A stretch of 64,000 nucleotides of DNA from Lama guanicoe. Its lineage: Eukaryota. The first letter of the stretch is position 1. Each line of letters starts with the position of its first letter. The stretch is from contig MU054187.1 of assembly GCA_013239625.1 (NCBI GenBank), forward strand, positions 10,623,231 to 10,687,230, given 5' to 3'. This document shows positions 1-12,912 of the stretch, piece after piece. The notes under the pieces were generated by a model, which did not search any database, was not told the origin of the DNA, and saw only the letters and a list, made by a program, of their open reading frames with translations. The position numbers and the translations under genes were made by a program.

Positions 1-740
1 AGTATTCATCAGATAGAGAGATGCACCGGAAATTCAGCCCCAGCTTGAGTCGAGATTCCCATCTGGTAATTGAAAGTGGTGGGAAATGGAAGCGATTTCA
101 AATGGAGTCTATTCCTGGTTTACTTGATGGAAGTTTTAGTTTTATGTGTACATGAGTCTTTGCTAGCAAATAAAAAGGAGAAAAGTAAACAAATTTGAAA
201 GTTTCCCAGGAAATGTATTTAAGTGAGCCTTCCTAAAGTTGTCTGTCGTGCTGTGTACTTAGAGCAAGAAGCAAATGTCCTGCCTTCTCATTTTTCTTAC
301 CTGCATGGATCTTTGGGCAGAGGGCACCGTGATGGATGGGGCGTCCTGCCGAGATGGGACCAATCAGTGGATCAGGAATTCCAGGGTTGGAGGCAAGGAG
401 CGTACACTTTAGGGAACGTACAGTGCTGGAACCAGAGCTGCAGGAGAACAGGAGTCCAGGCAGGTGAAATGAGTGATGCCGATTTCCAAGGTGAGGAACA
501 CAGGAACAGCCAGACGGGAGAGTCAGCACAAAGCATAACCAAGATGCTGGAAGGAGGAGGTCACTAAAGCACTCTTCTAGAAGTCCTTCGACAGGTCGGA
601 GAATTAATCCTCTTGGGGTCCCTGAGCCCTTGGTGAGATAAGCAAGTAGCTCTAAACTGGGTGAAAATGGGGATCGCAGGGGGATGGATGTGCAGGGTCC
701 CTCCCTCCTCGCCTCCTTGGCTTATTTTCCTGATGTCTCT

Positions 741-915
741 TAGTGGTTCTCAAGGCTGGCGGCCCTTTACTCACCTTGGGCCTTTCAGAAAACACCCAAG
801 CTTGGTCCCACATCAAACCAATTAAATCAGAATCTCTAGGAAGGGGGGCCCAAATACTAGTATATTTTAGAAGCTTTCCAGGGATTCTAATGTCCACTGG
901 GCGTGAGAAAGCACA
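741..915. mobile_element. MER5A-like hAT-Charlie DNA transposon fossil (MITE)
   Basis: Starts TAGTGGTTCTCAA and contains AATTAAATCAGAATCTCTAGG and AGCTTTCCAGGGATTCTAATGT, which are typical MER5 motifs. Family assigned from memory; boundaries approximate. Confidence 0.75.
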
Positions 916-1529
916 GAGCTCTGTGGATTATGAAACACTGTGCAATTATCCAGTTAATCTTTGTTTAGCTAGATTAAAGCATTTCACAAGTCTTTGACAC
1001 TTTCTGGATTCTGGGGAGCTGGGGCAGCGGGGCTGGGTCTTTTTGCTTCTGCATTGTTAGGTCATTAGGATGCAGGCTGTGATTTGGGTGGGACCGTTTT
1101 CTTTAGCAAAGGCTAGAGATGCCCTAGATTGCTGACCGCCGAGGGATGTCTTCTGACCATCACAGCAGCTGGGCCGCAAGCCCTTCATTTCGGAAAGGGG
1201 ATTTCAGTGGGTGGGATAGAGCATCTGCCGTGTTCACATCTCGTGCCTTCAGATCCGTTCTTTTGTGGGAGGAGGACTGGGAGGGTGTCTTTCGTGACTG
1301 TGATGGGCGTCTGTTCCCGGGGGGATGATTTAGAAGCGGTACGTCAGTGGGACAAGCTTATAGCCGGTGATGCCCCAGCTGGTCTTGGGCAGCAGATTCT
1401 CATTTTCCCTCTTCTATCCCTTGTACGTTACCCTCACTCTCAGCCTGAGTCTCTGCTGGTCTCGGTGGCATGAATAAGACCTTCAGCTCTGAGGGGCCTG
1501 ATTCCCTGGTCACTGTGTCCTTCTCAGGC

Positions 1530-1894
1530 CAGGACTGCCCAGTTGTCCATTTACCATCAAATTTGGGCAGAGGTGGTACAAAGGAGAGACCTGGGTGGAT
1601 TACCTGGATGCCAAACTTGTGGGCTCCAGCATTCCTTGGCTTGTGGCAGCATAATTACAATCTGCTCCACCTCCACGTGGTCCCTCTGCGCGTGTCTGTC
1701 TCTGTGTCTCTGTCCAAATTTCCCTCTTCTTCTAAGGACAACAGGCATTGGCTTACGGCCCACCCTATTGCAGTATGACCTCATTTGACTGATTACATCT
1801 ATAAGACCCTGTATCAAAATTAGGTCACATCTGCAGCCACAAGGGGTTAGGACTTCATCATATTTTTTGGAAGGACACAGTTCAACCATCAATA
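1530..1894 (-). mobile_element. MLT1-type (ERVL-MaLR) LTR remnant
   Basis: TTCCTTGGCTTGTGGCAGCATAA...TATGACCTCATTT...GGGGTTAGGACTTCATCATATTTTTTGGAAGGACACAGTTCAACC is the reverse complement of the MLT1A-D LTR 5' end. Confidence 0.8.
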
Positions 1895-3849
1895 GGTGCT
1901 AAGCATGGCCATTTCTGTTTCCACCCCTGGTTCCTGAACCCATGTATTGTACCTCTTAGGGACATGGCATCAGATGACAGTCTTTGCTTTTAGTTATAGA
2001 TTGTGTCCTGGAATGTGCCGTCCCTTCCCTGTAAAGTGTTCTTACGTACCTAGTCCCTGGGTCTCTGGTGGTGGTTTTCCTTAAACAGAACGGGATACGT
2101 GTTCCTGGTTCCTCTCCACCGGCACACTCTTGGGTGTATTTGGTTTCTTCACCTGCTGTGAAAAAAGCTGGCGCCAGAAAGTGTTACTCCTAACTTTTAC
2201 GCCTTTAGAAGGTGTCTTTCTGGTCTCAGAGAATAAAGAAAGTCACCCAGAAACGTGAGCGGTTTCTCTCTTAAACAGAAGGGAACGTTTTGTCATCAGC
2301 ATTGTCGGTTCTAAGTTACCCTCATTGTGGTAGTTTTTTTTCCCTGCAAAACTCTTCTTAACGTCCTTTAAAAGATGAATCCTTTAGTTTTCTCTTTGGG
2401 TTTTGCACAGTGTTTATGATAGAAACACTAAATAGCGTTTTAAAGAGGAAGGAACAATTCCCAGAACTGAGATTCCCTGAATCAGTTAAGAGTTGGCCTC
2501 GGAACCTGTGAACCCACCTCTCCTTACAGGGCAGCACGGTCTCTCCCGCATGTTTGTCACAATGGGAACAGCAAAACTTGTCTTCCTCACAGACGCTGTG
2601 ACCAGCTCTGAGGAATTCTCATCAACTGTGACCATTTCTGGGGATTTGTAACAGTGCATATGTAGGGTCTTATTTAACCAATAAAGTACCATTGCACTAT
2701 CTGAAGAGGGTGTTAGTTGAAACTATTTTTAAAATTATTCCTCGGAGATTCTGTATTTTTTCTGATTGATCCCTTTTTTTGGAAGAGCCTTAAAATGTGT
2801 TTTGAGTGAGTGGAAATGAGGCTTATTTTCAGTCTTAGAATAATTTAATCTTTAATTTTCTCTAACATTCATTATATTTTCCTTCTTTGCTAACCACCTG
2901 CATTGAATGGAATGTTTTGCTTCTAAATTCAAAAGTGCTAGAAGTAAAGCAAGCAAACTCAAGTAGTACTTTACATACTGCTTTTCACTAAATGCCTTTA
3001 AATAAATTATAAATTAAATATTTATTCAACCAAGTGTGTCAGTATTATTTTTAAGAAATATAATATGGATGAAAATTAAGGAAAACTAGACAAGAAAATG
3101 CTAAGGATGGGGTCAAACTTTGAAGTTTGGGCATTATTAAATATTTAACTTTTTTTGGCTGCAAATAGAAATTTAATTTGGTAAAATATCATTCCATTTT
3201 CTTTTTTTAAAAAAATAACTATAAATAACCAAGCTATTCACCTAAAATTATGAATGTTCTCCTTCCTCTGCTTTGCCATGTAAAGTTTACTTTATAAACA
3301 TGACTCATCTTTTTTTGTTCATTTTCCTACAACCATGGCCATGCATGTGCCATAAAATATCACTGAGATTCTCGGCAAAATTGTTAAACTCTTTTCTCAT
3401 TTAAAAAAAAATGACATAAGTTGTGGATTTTAACTGTCGTTAATTTGGAAATACTGTTAAGAAATGTAGCAGAAATTTATTATAACAAGCTTTTAGGACA
3501 GGGCTGGACCTTCTGGCCAACACTGAGCCATCAGGATTTTTATAGGAACTAGATCACAGATGTTTACTTGTTCCCTCCCGACCCTCTGCCTCCATTTCCT
3601 CTGCTGTCCCTTCCTAGTGTTCACCCTCCAGTCTTTCTGGTCTTAAATCACAAGTTGAAGCGCCCTTGCATGGACCCTCCTCTCAGTTCCCAAAACGTCC
3701 TGTTTGGCTGAGCGCCCTCGTGCAGAATCTCTGTCTCTCATGGAGACTGACTTGATTGTGCCTGTGAGGCAGTGGGCGCCTTGCCTGATGCATGAAACAC
3801 ATTCGATAAATGATAAGAATAGTCATGGGCGCTCGGATACTATTTTTTT

Positions 3850-4300
3850 TAAACATTTTTTTATTGAGTTACAGTCATTTTACATTGATTGTGTCAAACT
3901 CCAGTGTAGAGCACAATTTTTCAGTTATACATGAACATACATATATTCACTGTCACTTTTTTTTCACTGTGAGCTACCATAAAATCTTGTGTATATTTCC
4001 CTGTGCTATACAGTATAATCGTGTTTATCTGTTCTACATTTTGAACTCCCAGTCTGTCCCCTCCCACCCCCCGCCCCCTTGGCAACCACAAGTTTGTATT
4101 CTATGTCTGTGAGTCTGTGTCTGTTTTGTATTTATGTTTTGTTTTGCTTTTTTTTTTTTTTAGATTCCACATATGAACGATCTCATATGGTACTTTTCTT
4201 TCTCTTTCTGGCTTACTTCACTTAGAATGACATTCTCCAGGAGCATCCATGTTGCTGCAAATGGCGTGATGTTGTCAGTTTTTATGGCTGAATAGTCTGA
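3850..4300 (-). mobile_element. 5'-truncated young L1 (3' end, camelid-type), antisense to PREX2
   Basis: Begins with poly-T, followed by L1 3'UTR/ORF2-end motifs (TTAGATTCCACATATGAACGATCTCATATGGTAC...CTTACTTCACTTAGAATGAC...CATGTTGCTGCAAATGGC). Flanked by the target-site duplication ATACTATTTTTTT at 3837-3849 and 4301-4313. Confidence 0.9.
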
Positions 4301-4334
4301 ATACTATTTTTTTAATTTAATTATTTCCCAAGAA

Positions 4335-4465
4335 CCATAATTAGTAGGTGCTCTTATTTCACAAATGAGGAACCCGGGATCTCGGGTATTAATGAACACG
4401 CCCAAGGTCACAGCGCCACTGAGCAGTGACAGTTGCGGTTTTACGCCAGTGCAGGGCTTTCTCTG
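4335..4465 (-). mobile_element. MIR SINE fragment
   Basis: TTTCACAAATGAGGAAC...CGCCCAAGGTCACAG resembles the reverse-complemented MIR core. Confidence 0.6.
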
Positions 4466-5854
4466 TTGGCTTTACAGTTAGAAAGAATTCACGCTGAAGT
4501 ATGACTGTTGAAGGGCTGCAACCTCCTGGAATGCTGGCCTTTCCCAAGTAACACTCTCTTAATGGAAGTGAAGGTAGCATGTATTTGAGGATTGTTTTCT
4601 CAGGAAGACTTCCTTCTATTTCTTGTGTGTATTCAGGACCACAGGTTTGCTGAAGCAGTTGTGAACACTCTAATGCATGCAGAAGTCATAAGGAATAAAC
4701 AAATGAACAATCCCTGAAACAAGCGCACAAATTTGATTGCCTGCACCGAGTGAATGTAGGAAGTGTTCTGATTTTCCACAAAGGCTTTCCTCATTTATAA
4801 GCCAATAACACCATTTTGAAAAAAATTTTAATTTAGCAATACTCTAAAAGTTATGTCATTTCTTCAGTGCTTCAGAAATCTGACTAGTTTAGAAAACACA
4901 TTACAGCTAACAGTAGCCAGTGAATTTCCTGTTTTTGCCCCGAAAGTGGTGGTAAGTGTTTGTCAATTTGAGGAAACTTTATTATTTAATTTAGAAATTA
5001 TTGCATTTTGCAGTTTTGCGAGCTTATTTTTTTTAAATCAGTTTTGAAATAGTCTGCTGAAAATTGAGGCTCATTAGTGGTGATAATTTCAAGGAGAAAT
5101 AATTTCCATTTCCAGATTGGATCCATCACCATTCCTGTTGCTGGCAGCGTCTGCAAAGGAAGTCTTCTTGTATTTCTAGGCACTTTTCTATGATTCATTT
5201 CCTCTCCAAAAGGTTAAAAATACCACTGCATAAAGTTTAAAGGAAAAAGAAATGCTTAACAAAAAATGTTAGCTAAGAAGGAAATCTGTATTAATGAAAA
5301 GGCATTTAAAATGAATGGGAAGTTACATATATGTTTATGCTTGATTAGTTTTAACTAAATTAACTGACCATTGGAATAGAGGTTGTATTCTACGATTTCT
5401 CTTTATCTATTCTTCTTATTTCGTAATTTAATCATAGCTGCAAAAGAATGTGAATATACATGGAAAGTGACAAATTCAAATTTTTTACTCACATGTATGT
5501 TAATACACATTTCTGCCTCTCATACATATACATATATATGCTGTATGTATGTATATATTTGTGTATATGTATAAATAATATATGAAGTTTGAGTTTAGCT
5601 TTGCAAAGAACCTATACAAAATTTTTAAAAAATAGAAGACAGTTTAAATTAGAAATTGCCTTTGCCTACTTAACAGATAATTACCAAATGTTTGATATTG
5701 ATGTTGAGAGCTGAAGAATGACTTTTATTCATTTTCAGGCTGGTTAAAAATAGTTTCTTACCTGTGTGGTCGTATTTGGTGCTGTTTAATATATTTACTA
5801 ATAATCACTAAGATTACACTAAATGTGGAGGCACTGGGTTATAAAATCACATGA

Positions 5855-6049
<195 letters not shown>

Positions 6050-7167
6050 TAGAGCTTATTCATTAGATTAGATGATTGATGATGATGTTTCTTTTGATAT
6101 AATATCCTCTCATTTAGGGTTTAATATTTCAAATAATTTAATAGGTGCACTTTTGGCAAACAAAATAGAAAAAAATGTTTAAAATTTTCATGCTATTGTC
6201 TAAGTTTCTAAAGAAGATCAAGAGATTAAATATTTAATAGATCATTTCTGGGAAAATGAAGTATTAGTATTTTATAATGGTGTCTCCAAGGAGGCTCATG
6301 GACTAAGGGTACCATTAAACAGTTGGCACCCTCACACCTAGAGATGAGTGTGTTTAACATGGAAGATGTGATAAAACAGTACTACTTGGTACTCGAAAAA
6401 TATCCGCTTTCAAATACATATATTAAAATTACATTTTGTTGGTTTCTCCCTCTAAAAATGATCTCACTGATATGATGACCAATGTCCAGGAAAAATTAAC
6501 CACAATAAGTGAAAGGGAAATGTGTTATAATTTAGAAATTTTAATTTTCAACCAATTATTAGCAATACGTATCTCCCTCTTATAAATTACTCTGCTGACA
6601 GATCATCTTTTAAAAATTACCAACAGATAATGGCTTTAATTTTTAAAAGAAAAATACTTTTGTTCTACCTTAAGCCTTAGTAGCTCAAAAAAACTGTTGT
6701 GCCTTTTGGGGGGGGTTGTCTACAGTACGGCGAAACTGTGAAGATGAGTTAATTCCTAAAATGCCTGATGTGGGGAGGTGTTGATTCTTGTGGTTACGAC
6801 CGCTGAGTCGGCTTTCTTTCACTACAGAAGCTTTGTCCCCTACCCCTGCCTCCCAAAAACCTATCCCTTTCCCTGGGTTTCTTACTTCATTCCATCATTT
6901 TATCATCTTCTGAAGCTCTCAGCCTCAAAGCCCACAATATCTTTTTGATTTCTCATTTTCTTTTCCTCCTAACATGCGGTTGGAGATCCTGATGATTCTG
7001 ACTAAAACATCTCTTAGACCACCCTAATGTTACTGCCTTGTCTACATCACTATTTCGCAGGCATATAGTGTACTGACTCCTTGCACAGGGGGAGAAAGGT
7101 TGATCTTGAATTTTTAAATACTTTGTCTACTGACTAAGAAATACTGACTTAAGAAGCTAAGTCCCAA

Positions 7168-7807
7168 TATATACACCCCAGTGTTCATAGTAGCACTATA
7201 TACAATAGCCAGCATGTGGAAACAAGCTCAAAGTCCATTGACAGAGGACTGGATGAAGAAGTAGTGGTATATATATATATATATATATATCAATATCACA
7301 GTGGAATACTACTCAGCCATAAAAAGAATAAAATAATGCCATTTGCAGCAACATGGATGGATCTAGAGATCATCATTCTAAGTGGAGTAAGCCAGAAAGA
7401 GAAAGAAAAATATCATATGATATCACTCAAATGTGAAATCAAAAAAGAAAAGAAAGGACACTAATGAACTCATCTGCAAAACAGAAACAAACTTGCAGAC
7501 ATAGTAAACAATCTAATGGTTACCGGGGAAAAGGGGTGGGAAGGCATAAATTTGGGAGTTTGAGATTTGCAGATGTTACCACTATATATAAAAATAGATT
7601 TAAAAAAACGAATTTCTTCATTTTTCTTCTTGTATAGCACAGGGAACTATATTCAATATCTTGAAATAACCTTTAATGAAAACGAATATGAAAACCAATA
7701 TATATATGTGTATGCTTGACTGGGACATTGTGCTGTACACCAGAAATTGACACATTGTAACTCACTACACTTAAATTAAAAAAAAATTTTTTTAATTAAA
7801 AAAAAAA
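7168..7807 (+). mobile_element. 5'-truncated L1 3' end (ORF2 C-terminus, 3'UTR, A-tail)
   Basis: The ORF track peptide ...KIMPFAATWMDLEIIILSGVSQKEKEKYHMISL... is the L1 ORF2p C-terminus. It is followed by a typical L1 3'UTR and an A-rich tail, with an internal (TA)n at about 7268-7290. Confidence 0.92.
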
Positions 7808-7943
7808 GAAGCCGTCACATCTTGTGAAAATCTCTCAATTGAGTTCTGTTACGACAAAAGAGAAGTTTTGCCTTCGTAACTGATAAAATATATTCTTAGG
7901 TTGTCTTTCAAATAAGGATAATAAATAAAAGCATAAGAACACA

Positions 7944-8099
7944 TGAACCCTGAGAATACAGAGCCCAGAACTGGAGAAAACAGATCTAGACCTTGGCTGT
8001 AGCTTCCCAGCTAATCTGCTGTGAACCCTGAGAATACAGAGCCCAGAACTGGAGAAAACAGGTCTAGACCTTGGCTGTAGCTTCCCAGCTAATCTGCTG
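7944..8099. repeat. Direct tandem duplication, 2 x 78 bp, one mismatch
   Basis: TGAACCCTGAGAATACAGAGCCCAGAACTGGAGAAAACAG(A/G)TCTAGACCTTGGCTGTAGCTTCCCAGCTAATCTGCTG occurs at 7944-8021 and again at 8022-8099. Confidence 0.97.
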
Positions 8100-8484
8100 G
8101 CTCTAAAATTAATCAGTGTTGTTATAATCTACTCGGGATTTTGCTCCCAGATAATAACTTTAAGCCACGTGTCTTACCATGTCAGTCTTCTGCTGAAAGG
8201 ATTTGGTGATTTCCACTTGCCCCCAAGGAGAGTCACGAGCTCCTTAGCCTGGCAGTCAGAATCTTTCCTGACTTGACCCAAGGCTTGTTTTTCCTGCCTC
8301 TGTGCTGGCCACACCTCACTCTCCTCATTTCTAATCATGCCCCACTTCCCTCCTTCCAGGACTTTTCACACTTCACTTAGTGTCTGCTTCCTGCCTCCAG
8401 CCGTCTACAAAGCCACGATTCATTTGATTCAATATCCAGCTCTAATAGAGTCTCCTTCCTGAAATATTTTTCTTTCATTACTGG

Positions 8485-8725
8485 GCTGGGATGAGGGCTG
8501 GGCATTCAGTTTGTCAGAAGTGCCCTAGGAGATTCTAATGTGTAAGCTGGAATTGAAAACCAATTCCCTGGATCCGGGAGTTCTCAGAGTCTGAGCCCCA
8601 GACCAGCAATCTCATCTGCAAACTTGTTTAAGAAGGCTCTTGGGTGGGCCCGGCAGTCTGGGTTAGAACCAGCCTTCCAGGTGATTCTCATCAAATCACA
8701 CTGAAATTTCGGAGCCACTGCCCGA
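8485..8725. mobile_element. Two adjacent MER5A/MER5B-like DNA transposon fragments
   Basis: GGAGATTCTAATGTGTAAGCTGGAATTGAAAACCA and CCCCAGACCAGCA...CTTCCAGGTGATTCTCAT...AAATTTCGGAGCCACTG are MER5-type motifs. Confidence 0.65.
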
Positions 8726-9679
8726 GGCTAGATGAATGTCGGATCACTGCTCCCGGCTTCTGTTTTACTTTATGGCAGTTACAGAATTCCATTCTTCTCC
8801 CTGATGACACAGCCATGTGAATGGACTCCTTATCTTCTTTATTCTCTTGTAAGCTCTTTGAGATGGGGGGTGAGTTTATCCAGGTACTTCCCAGTGTGTT
8901 TATCAAAGGGTTTTGCACAGGGCGCTCTCCATAAATATGTGTTTCTTTGCACTGGACTGTTTAGCTATAACCAGAAGAGAGAAGTGGGGATGGGGTGTCA
9001 TATTCACACACCTATGGATCTTTTTTTAAAACAGAAATATAATATAGGCTCATACGTAACAGACAGGTGACAAGATGTTTAAGATTCTTTATTAAGAAAA
9101 ACAGCATGTGTATTAATTGCATGCTATGCTCTTCACGTAAGAAAACATTTTACTGTATCTTTCCTGAAGAAAGCATTTTTAAAAGTACCAACTTCTCGGT
9201 ACAGATCAGGTGGCCTTGTCAGCAGTTACCTGCTGTATATCTTGCTTGCTGAATATTAGATTTCCTTTGCACAGGAAGACAATTATCTTCCTCTTTACTC
9301 CTGATAATGCTTTCTCTTCCTGCTTATTTCTTGAATAAGGGTGTTAATTTCTTCCTAAATTTTTCCTGTTACTTGTAACTACAAATACTCAGAAATTGCT
9401 CTTGAAGGATCTGTGCTTGGTTTTTTGAGCCAAAGGTAGACATAGACCATTTCTTTAGAGGGGCTCTTACTGCCCAGCTTGGAAAAATAGCCCTCAGGTG
9501 TCACTAGTTCCACATAGCTTCCAGACCCTTTTTAACACTTTCACTGAAAACTGTTTCATTCTGCATGTTAATTTGTTTATTTACTAATTGGACATCCGAA
9601 AAGACCTTTACTGCCCCCTGGCTTTACAACAAGCAAACATAAATAAGTAAATAAATAAACTTTTTTAATTGGAAAATAC

Positions 9680-10140
9680 TCTTTAGATTACAAGTTTTAG
9701 AAACCAAACGCATACTGACATAAACAAAATAATGTGTTGTCTTGTATAACAGGCATGCCCTCCAAAAATAACAGGTATATCAGGGGAATTTGGCTGCTTC
9801 AGGCACAGCTGGATCCAGGGCTATGGGTCTTCAAGATACTCTGTCTCTTTTTGGTACTCCTTTCCTCTGTGTAGGCTTCATTTTCAGGCAGATTTGTTAC
9901 ACATTTGAGTAAAGATGTTCACTACGGAACAGTGTTGCATTTAAAGAAGAAGAGAAGGGTCCCCCTCCACCCCTCATCCCTCAACACACAGCTAAAGTTT
10001 TCAGGAAAAGACCTGGTCTCATTAGCTAGACTCACGTCATGTGCCTGTTCCTGGCTGGGCTTAGCATCGCAGAAGACCAGTGGACTGTCACAAAAAGCAC
10101 AGGGTGAGGACAGTAGACGAGCAGAGACAGTGGATTCCAC
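9680..10140. mobile_element. Old MLT1 (J/K/L-like) MaLR LTR remnant
   Basis: CTTCAGGCACAGCTGGATCCAGGG and TTCCTCTGTGTAGGCTTCATTTTCAGGCAG are typical of old MLT1 LTRs. The copy is degenerate. Confidence 0.6.
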
Positions 10141-10529
10141 TTCAGTTGTAGTGATTTCTCCAGAACAGCAAAGAAAAGTTGGAAATAATTTGCTACTTAA
10201 AGGAAAAGATAATGTAGCCATAATACCTACAAATTTTTAAGAAGACGTTAGGAGTCAGTAACAATGCTGGGTGAGTTATGTGAATTATTTAATAAGCCAG
10301 TGGGTTCCATATTGTCATTTCCATTTTAAAGGGAAGTTGCACAACTTTACTCAGGTAACAAGTGGTGAAACCAGGACTTAAAGATTTCTTTCTCTTTAGA
10401 GTCCATACTATTTGTACGATATTAAGTCATCTCAGTGAATGGAGTGACCATTATGCACTAAAAACAAATTTTCTGTTACTAAGTTTGGGGATCAGGTAGT
10501 ATCAAGTGCCCCCAATTGCTCTGATTCTA

Positions 10530-10990
10530 TAGCATTTATTCACTGAATGGTCGTGGGGTTTCCATTCTTGTGAGAAAATGAGCAAATAAACACATCCATA
10601 AACAGTACTTTGCAGATAGTGGAAAGCAGAATGAAGAAAATCTAAAACTAGTTGCTGTGGAGGAGGTTGGTCATTTACAGGGGGTAGTTAGAAGTGACTT
10701 CAACATTAGGTGGTAGTTGAATGGAAACCTGAATCACAAGAAATAGCCTTGCCGGGATGTAGGGGAAGATCTTTCCCAAAGCGGCGAATTGGTGCTTACA
10801 AGTCATGGCAAGAGCTTACCAAGTTTGAGGAAGCCGGAGGTGGCCAGGGCGATCCTCGCACTTTGAGAAAGGTGGTGCCCGTTGAGAGAGACGCAGAGAG
10901 GCCTGGGCATGTAGGGCTGTGGACCACTGGAAGAGCTGGGGCTTTATTGTGAGGAAAGAAGCCACTGAAAAAAATTTATTGAATTCCTGC
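10530..10990 (-). mobile_element. L2 LINE remnant
   Basis: Begins CATTTATTCACTGAATG and continues as a purine-rich stretch ending GGGGCTTTATTGTGAGGAAAGAAGCCACTGAA, typical of antisense L2. Confidence 0.55.
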
Positions 10991-12286
10991 TGTCCACTGT
11001 ATCTCATGCGTCTGTGGCAAATAAAATCCAAAATGGTTGAGGTTTTCAGGAAGCAGTAGTGAATCATGCCAAGGCCCGCTGGCTATTCTGACCCATGCTC
11101 CTTCAGTCTCTGGCAGGGCACAGACAAGGTGCTGCACCTGCGGAGCCTTTGCCACGGGCATCAGCCTGACACCGGTGGCCTGAAGACCCTTGATTTAGCT
11201 GTTACCCCCAATGACCAGGACTGAGCCAGCAGAAGTGTCTCACAGCTGTTTCTAAAATATACCCTCCTGTGCCAAGTCAGATCAGATTCTTGACTGATTT
11301 CCTTTAGATTCTTAAAAAGTACAGCATATAAAGTGTCAAACTCAGAAATTCTAACCAAGAAGTTCAGGAGGAGGGGCACTTTTATTCCCTACTTTCCCCA
11401 TCCTGCCCGCTCCTTTCTACCTCAGGCTGTCCTTCATTTCCCTCTGGCCGTGAGCCATCATCTGCATTAACCTCCTTTTTCCTACCCTACATAAATGTAA
11501 TTTATCATAACTAAACCCTTTCATTTCAGTGTATCCTGTTTATTGGCAGGAAGCACCACTGCATGGTGACTAATGAGATGAATGTAAACGTGAGCAGTAT
11601 TCCTTGTCTTAAAGAGCTCCTTTCGTTTGAAGGGTCTGGCTTGGCTTTTTATTTTCAGTCTCAAATCAGCAGGAAGATAAAACAAAAAAAATCAAAAGGA
11701 AACTCATTATATATTAGTTGCTGAGATCATTTATTATTTTGGTGAAGTGACAGTTTCACACTGAATTTTTTAGGGCTTATGATTTGGGATACCTAACTGT
11801 AAATTCATCATCTTTACAGAAAGAAGACAAGGGAATTATTCAAAGCATGTATTCGCTTAAGGTATGCCTTTGTGTTTAAAGAATGGCACATTGCTTTTAA
11901 AGAAAGCATTTAAAAAGCCAAAATATATTTTATATAACAAGTGGAAGGAAGATATGAATTTTATTTATGTGAATGAGAAATGCTACATAAATATCAATCT
12001 CAGAGCCGTATTTTTTGAATGATTTTTTCAACTGAGAAATATCTGGCCAGAATTATGTATGTGTTTCGGTTTTTCCCACGATAGCACCTCTGTGAAATGT
12101 GTCATTTCTCTCTTCCTCTGACGGAAGAAAAAAAGGAAGGGAGTAAGTTTTCCTGGCAGGAGGCAGATATGAAGGGTGGCATGGCCTTACTACCATTTCC
12201 TGCCTTTAAGTACAGCTGTCAGACAGCGTGAGAAAATACAGAACAGCAGGACCTCAGCCTCTCCATGCTGTCTGCAGTCCCAGGCA

Positions 12287-12912
12287 TGTTACCAAACCAA
12301 ACTTGGGTCTGCTTACCCGTGCGCAGCAAAGCCAATCCTCTGACACCAGGTTGTGAAGGAAAGTGGAGTGTTTATTGCAAGCACCACACAAGGAGTCCAG
12401 GTAGCTAGTGCTCAAAAACCCCAAACTCCCTGATGGCTTGCAGGGGAAGGTTTTTAAAGACAGGATGAGGAAGAGGGTCTGAAGCGGGTGTGTGATCAGC
12501 TCGTGGGCATTCTTCTGATTGGTTGGTGGGGAGGTCATGGGGAGTCACCACCATCAACCCTCTGGTTCTGACTGATCTGGGGTCTGTGTGCTAGTGGTCA
12601 GCATGCAGTTAATTTCTTCCGCCTGGTGGGGCATTTTAGTATCTGTAAAACAGCTCAAGGTTATGGCCCAGAGCATTATCTGTAGGCCTTGAGGAGGAAC
12701 CAAAGGTCCTTGACTTTGTTTAATGGCTAAACTATGATTATTTTGTCTTGCTTGACTGTTTTCCTTTGTGCATTTTCTCACTTCTGTAATTAAATGTATT
12801 CATTGGAACCCAGGGAAAGCCTAGGAGGCTAAAGTTTTTCTACAAACAAGAAGCAGGCAGTGGACACAGGGGGTCTGCCTGGGAAGGCCCCATGGGGTCC
12901 TGCTCAGTTTCA
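12287..12912 (-). mobile_element. Intact solo ERV1-class LTR (MER41-like, cetartiodactyl type), 626 bp
   Basis: TG...CA termini (TGTTACC...GTTTCA) with a 4-bp TSD GGCA at 12283-12286 and 12913-12916. On the minus strand there is AATAAA (TTTATT at 12371-12376) and a CCAAT box (CTGATTGG at about 12515). Confidence 0.88.

Noticed and set aside
3..155. Open frame at the window start (YSSDREMHRKFSPSLSRD...) as an upstream PREX2 exon
   Set aside because: The peptide does not resemble the PREX2 sequence expected before ALESMEG and has no frame-compatible strong donor. The preceding exon lies outside the window.
7216..7464. 82-aa ORF as a gene
   Set aside because: It is a degenerate L1 ORF2 C-terminus with an inserted (TA)n.
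7774..7797. AATT-A9-T7-AATT palindrome as a functional hairpin
   Set aside because: It sits in an L1 poly-A tail, where such low-complexity inversions are common.
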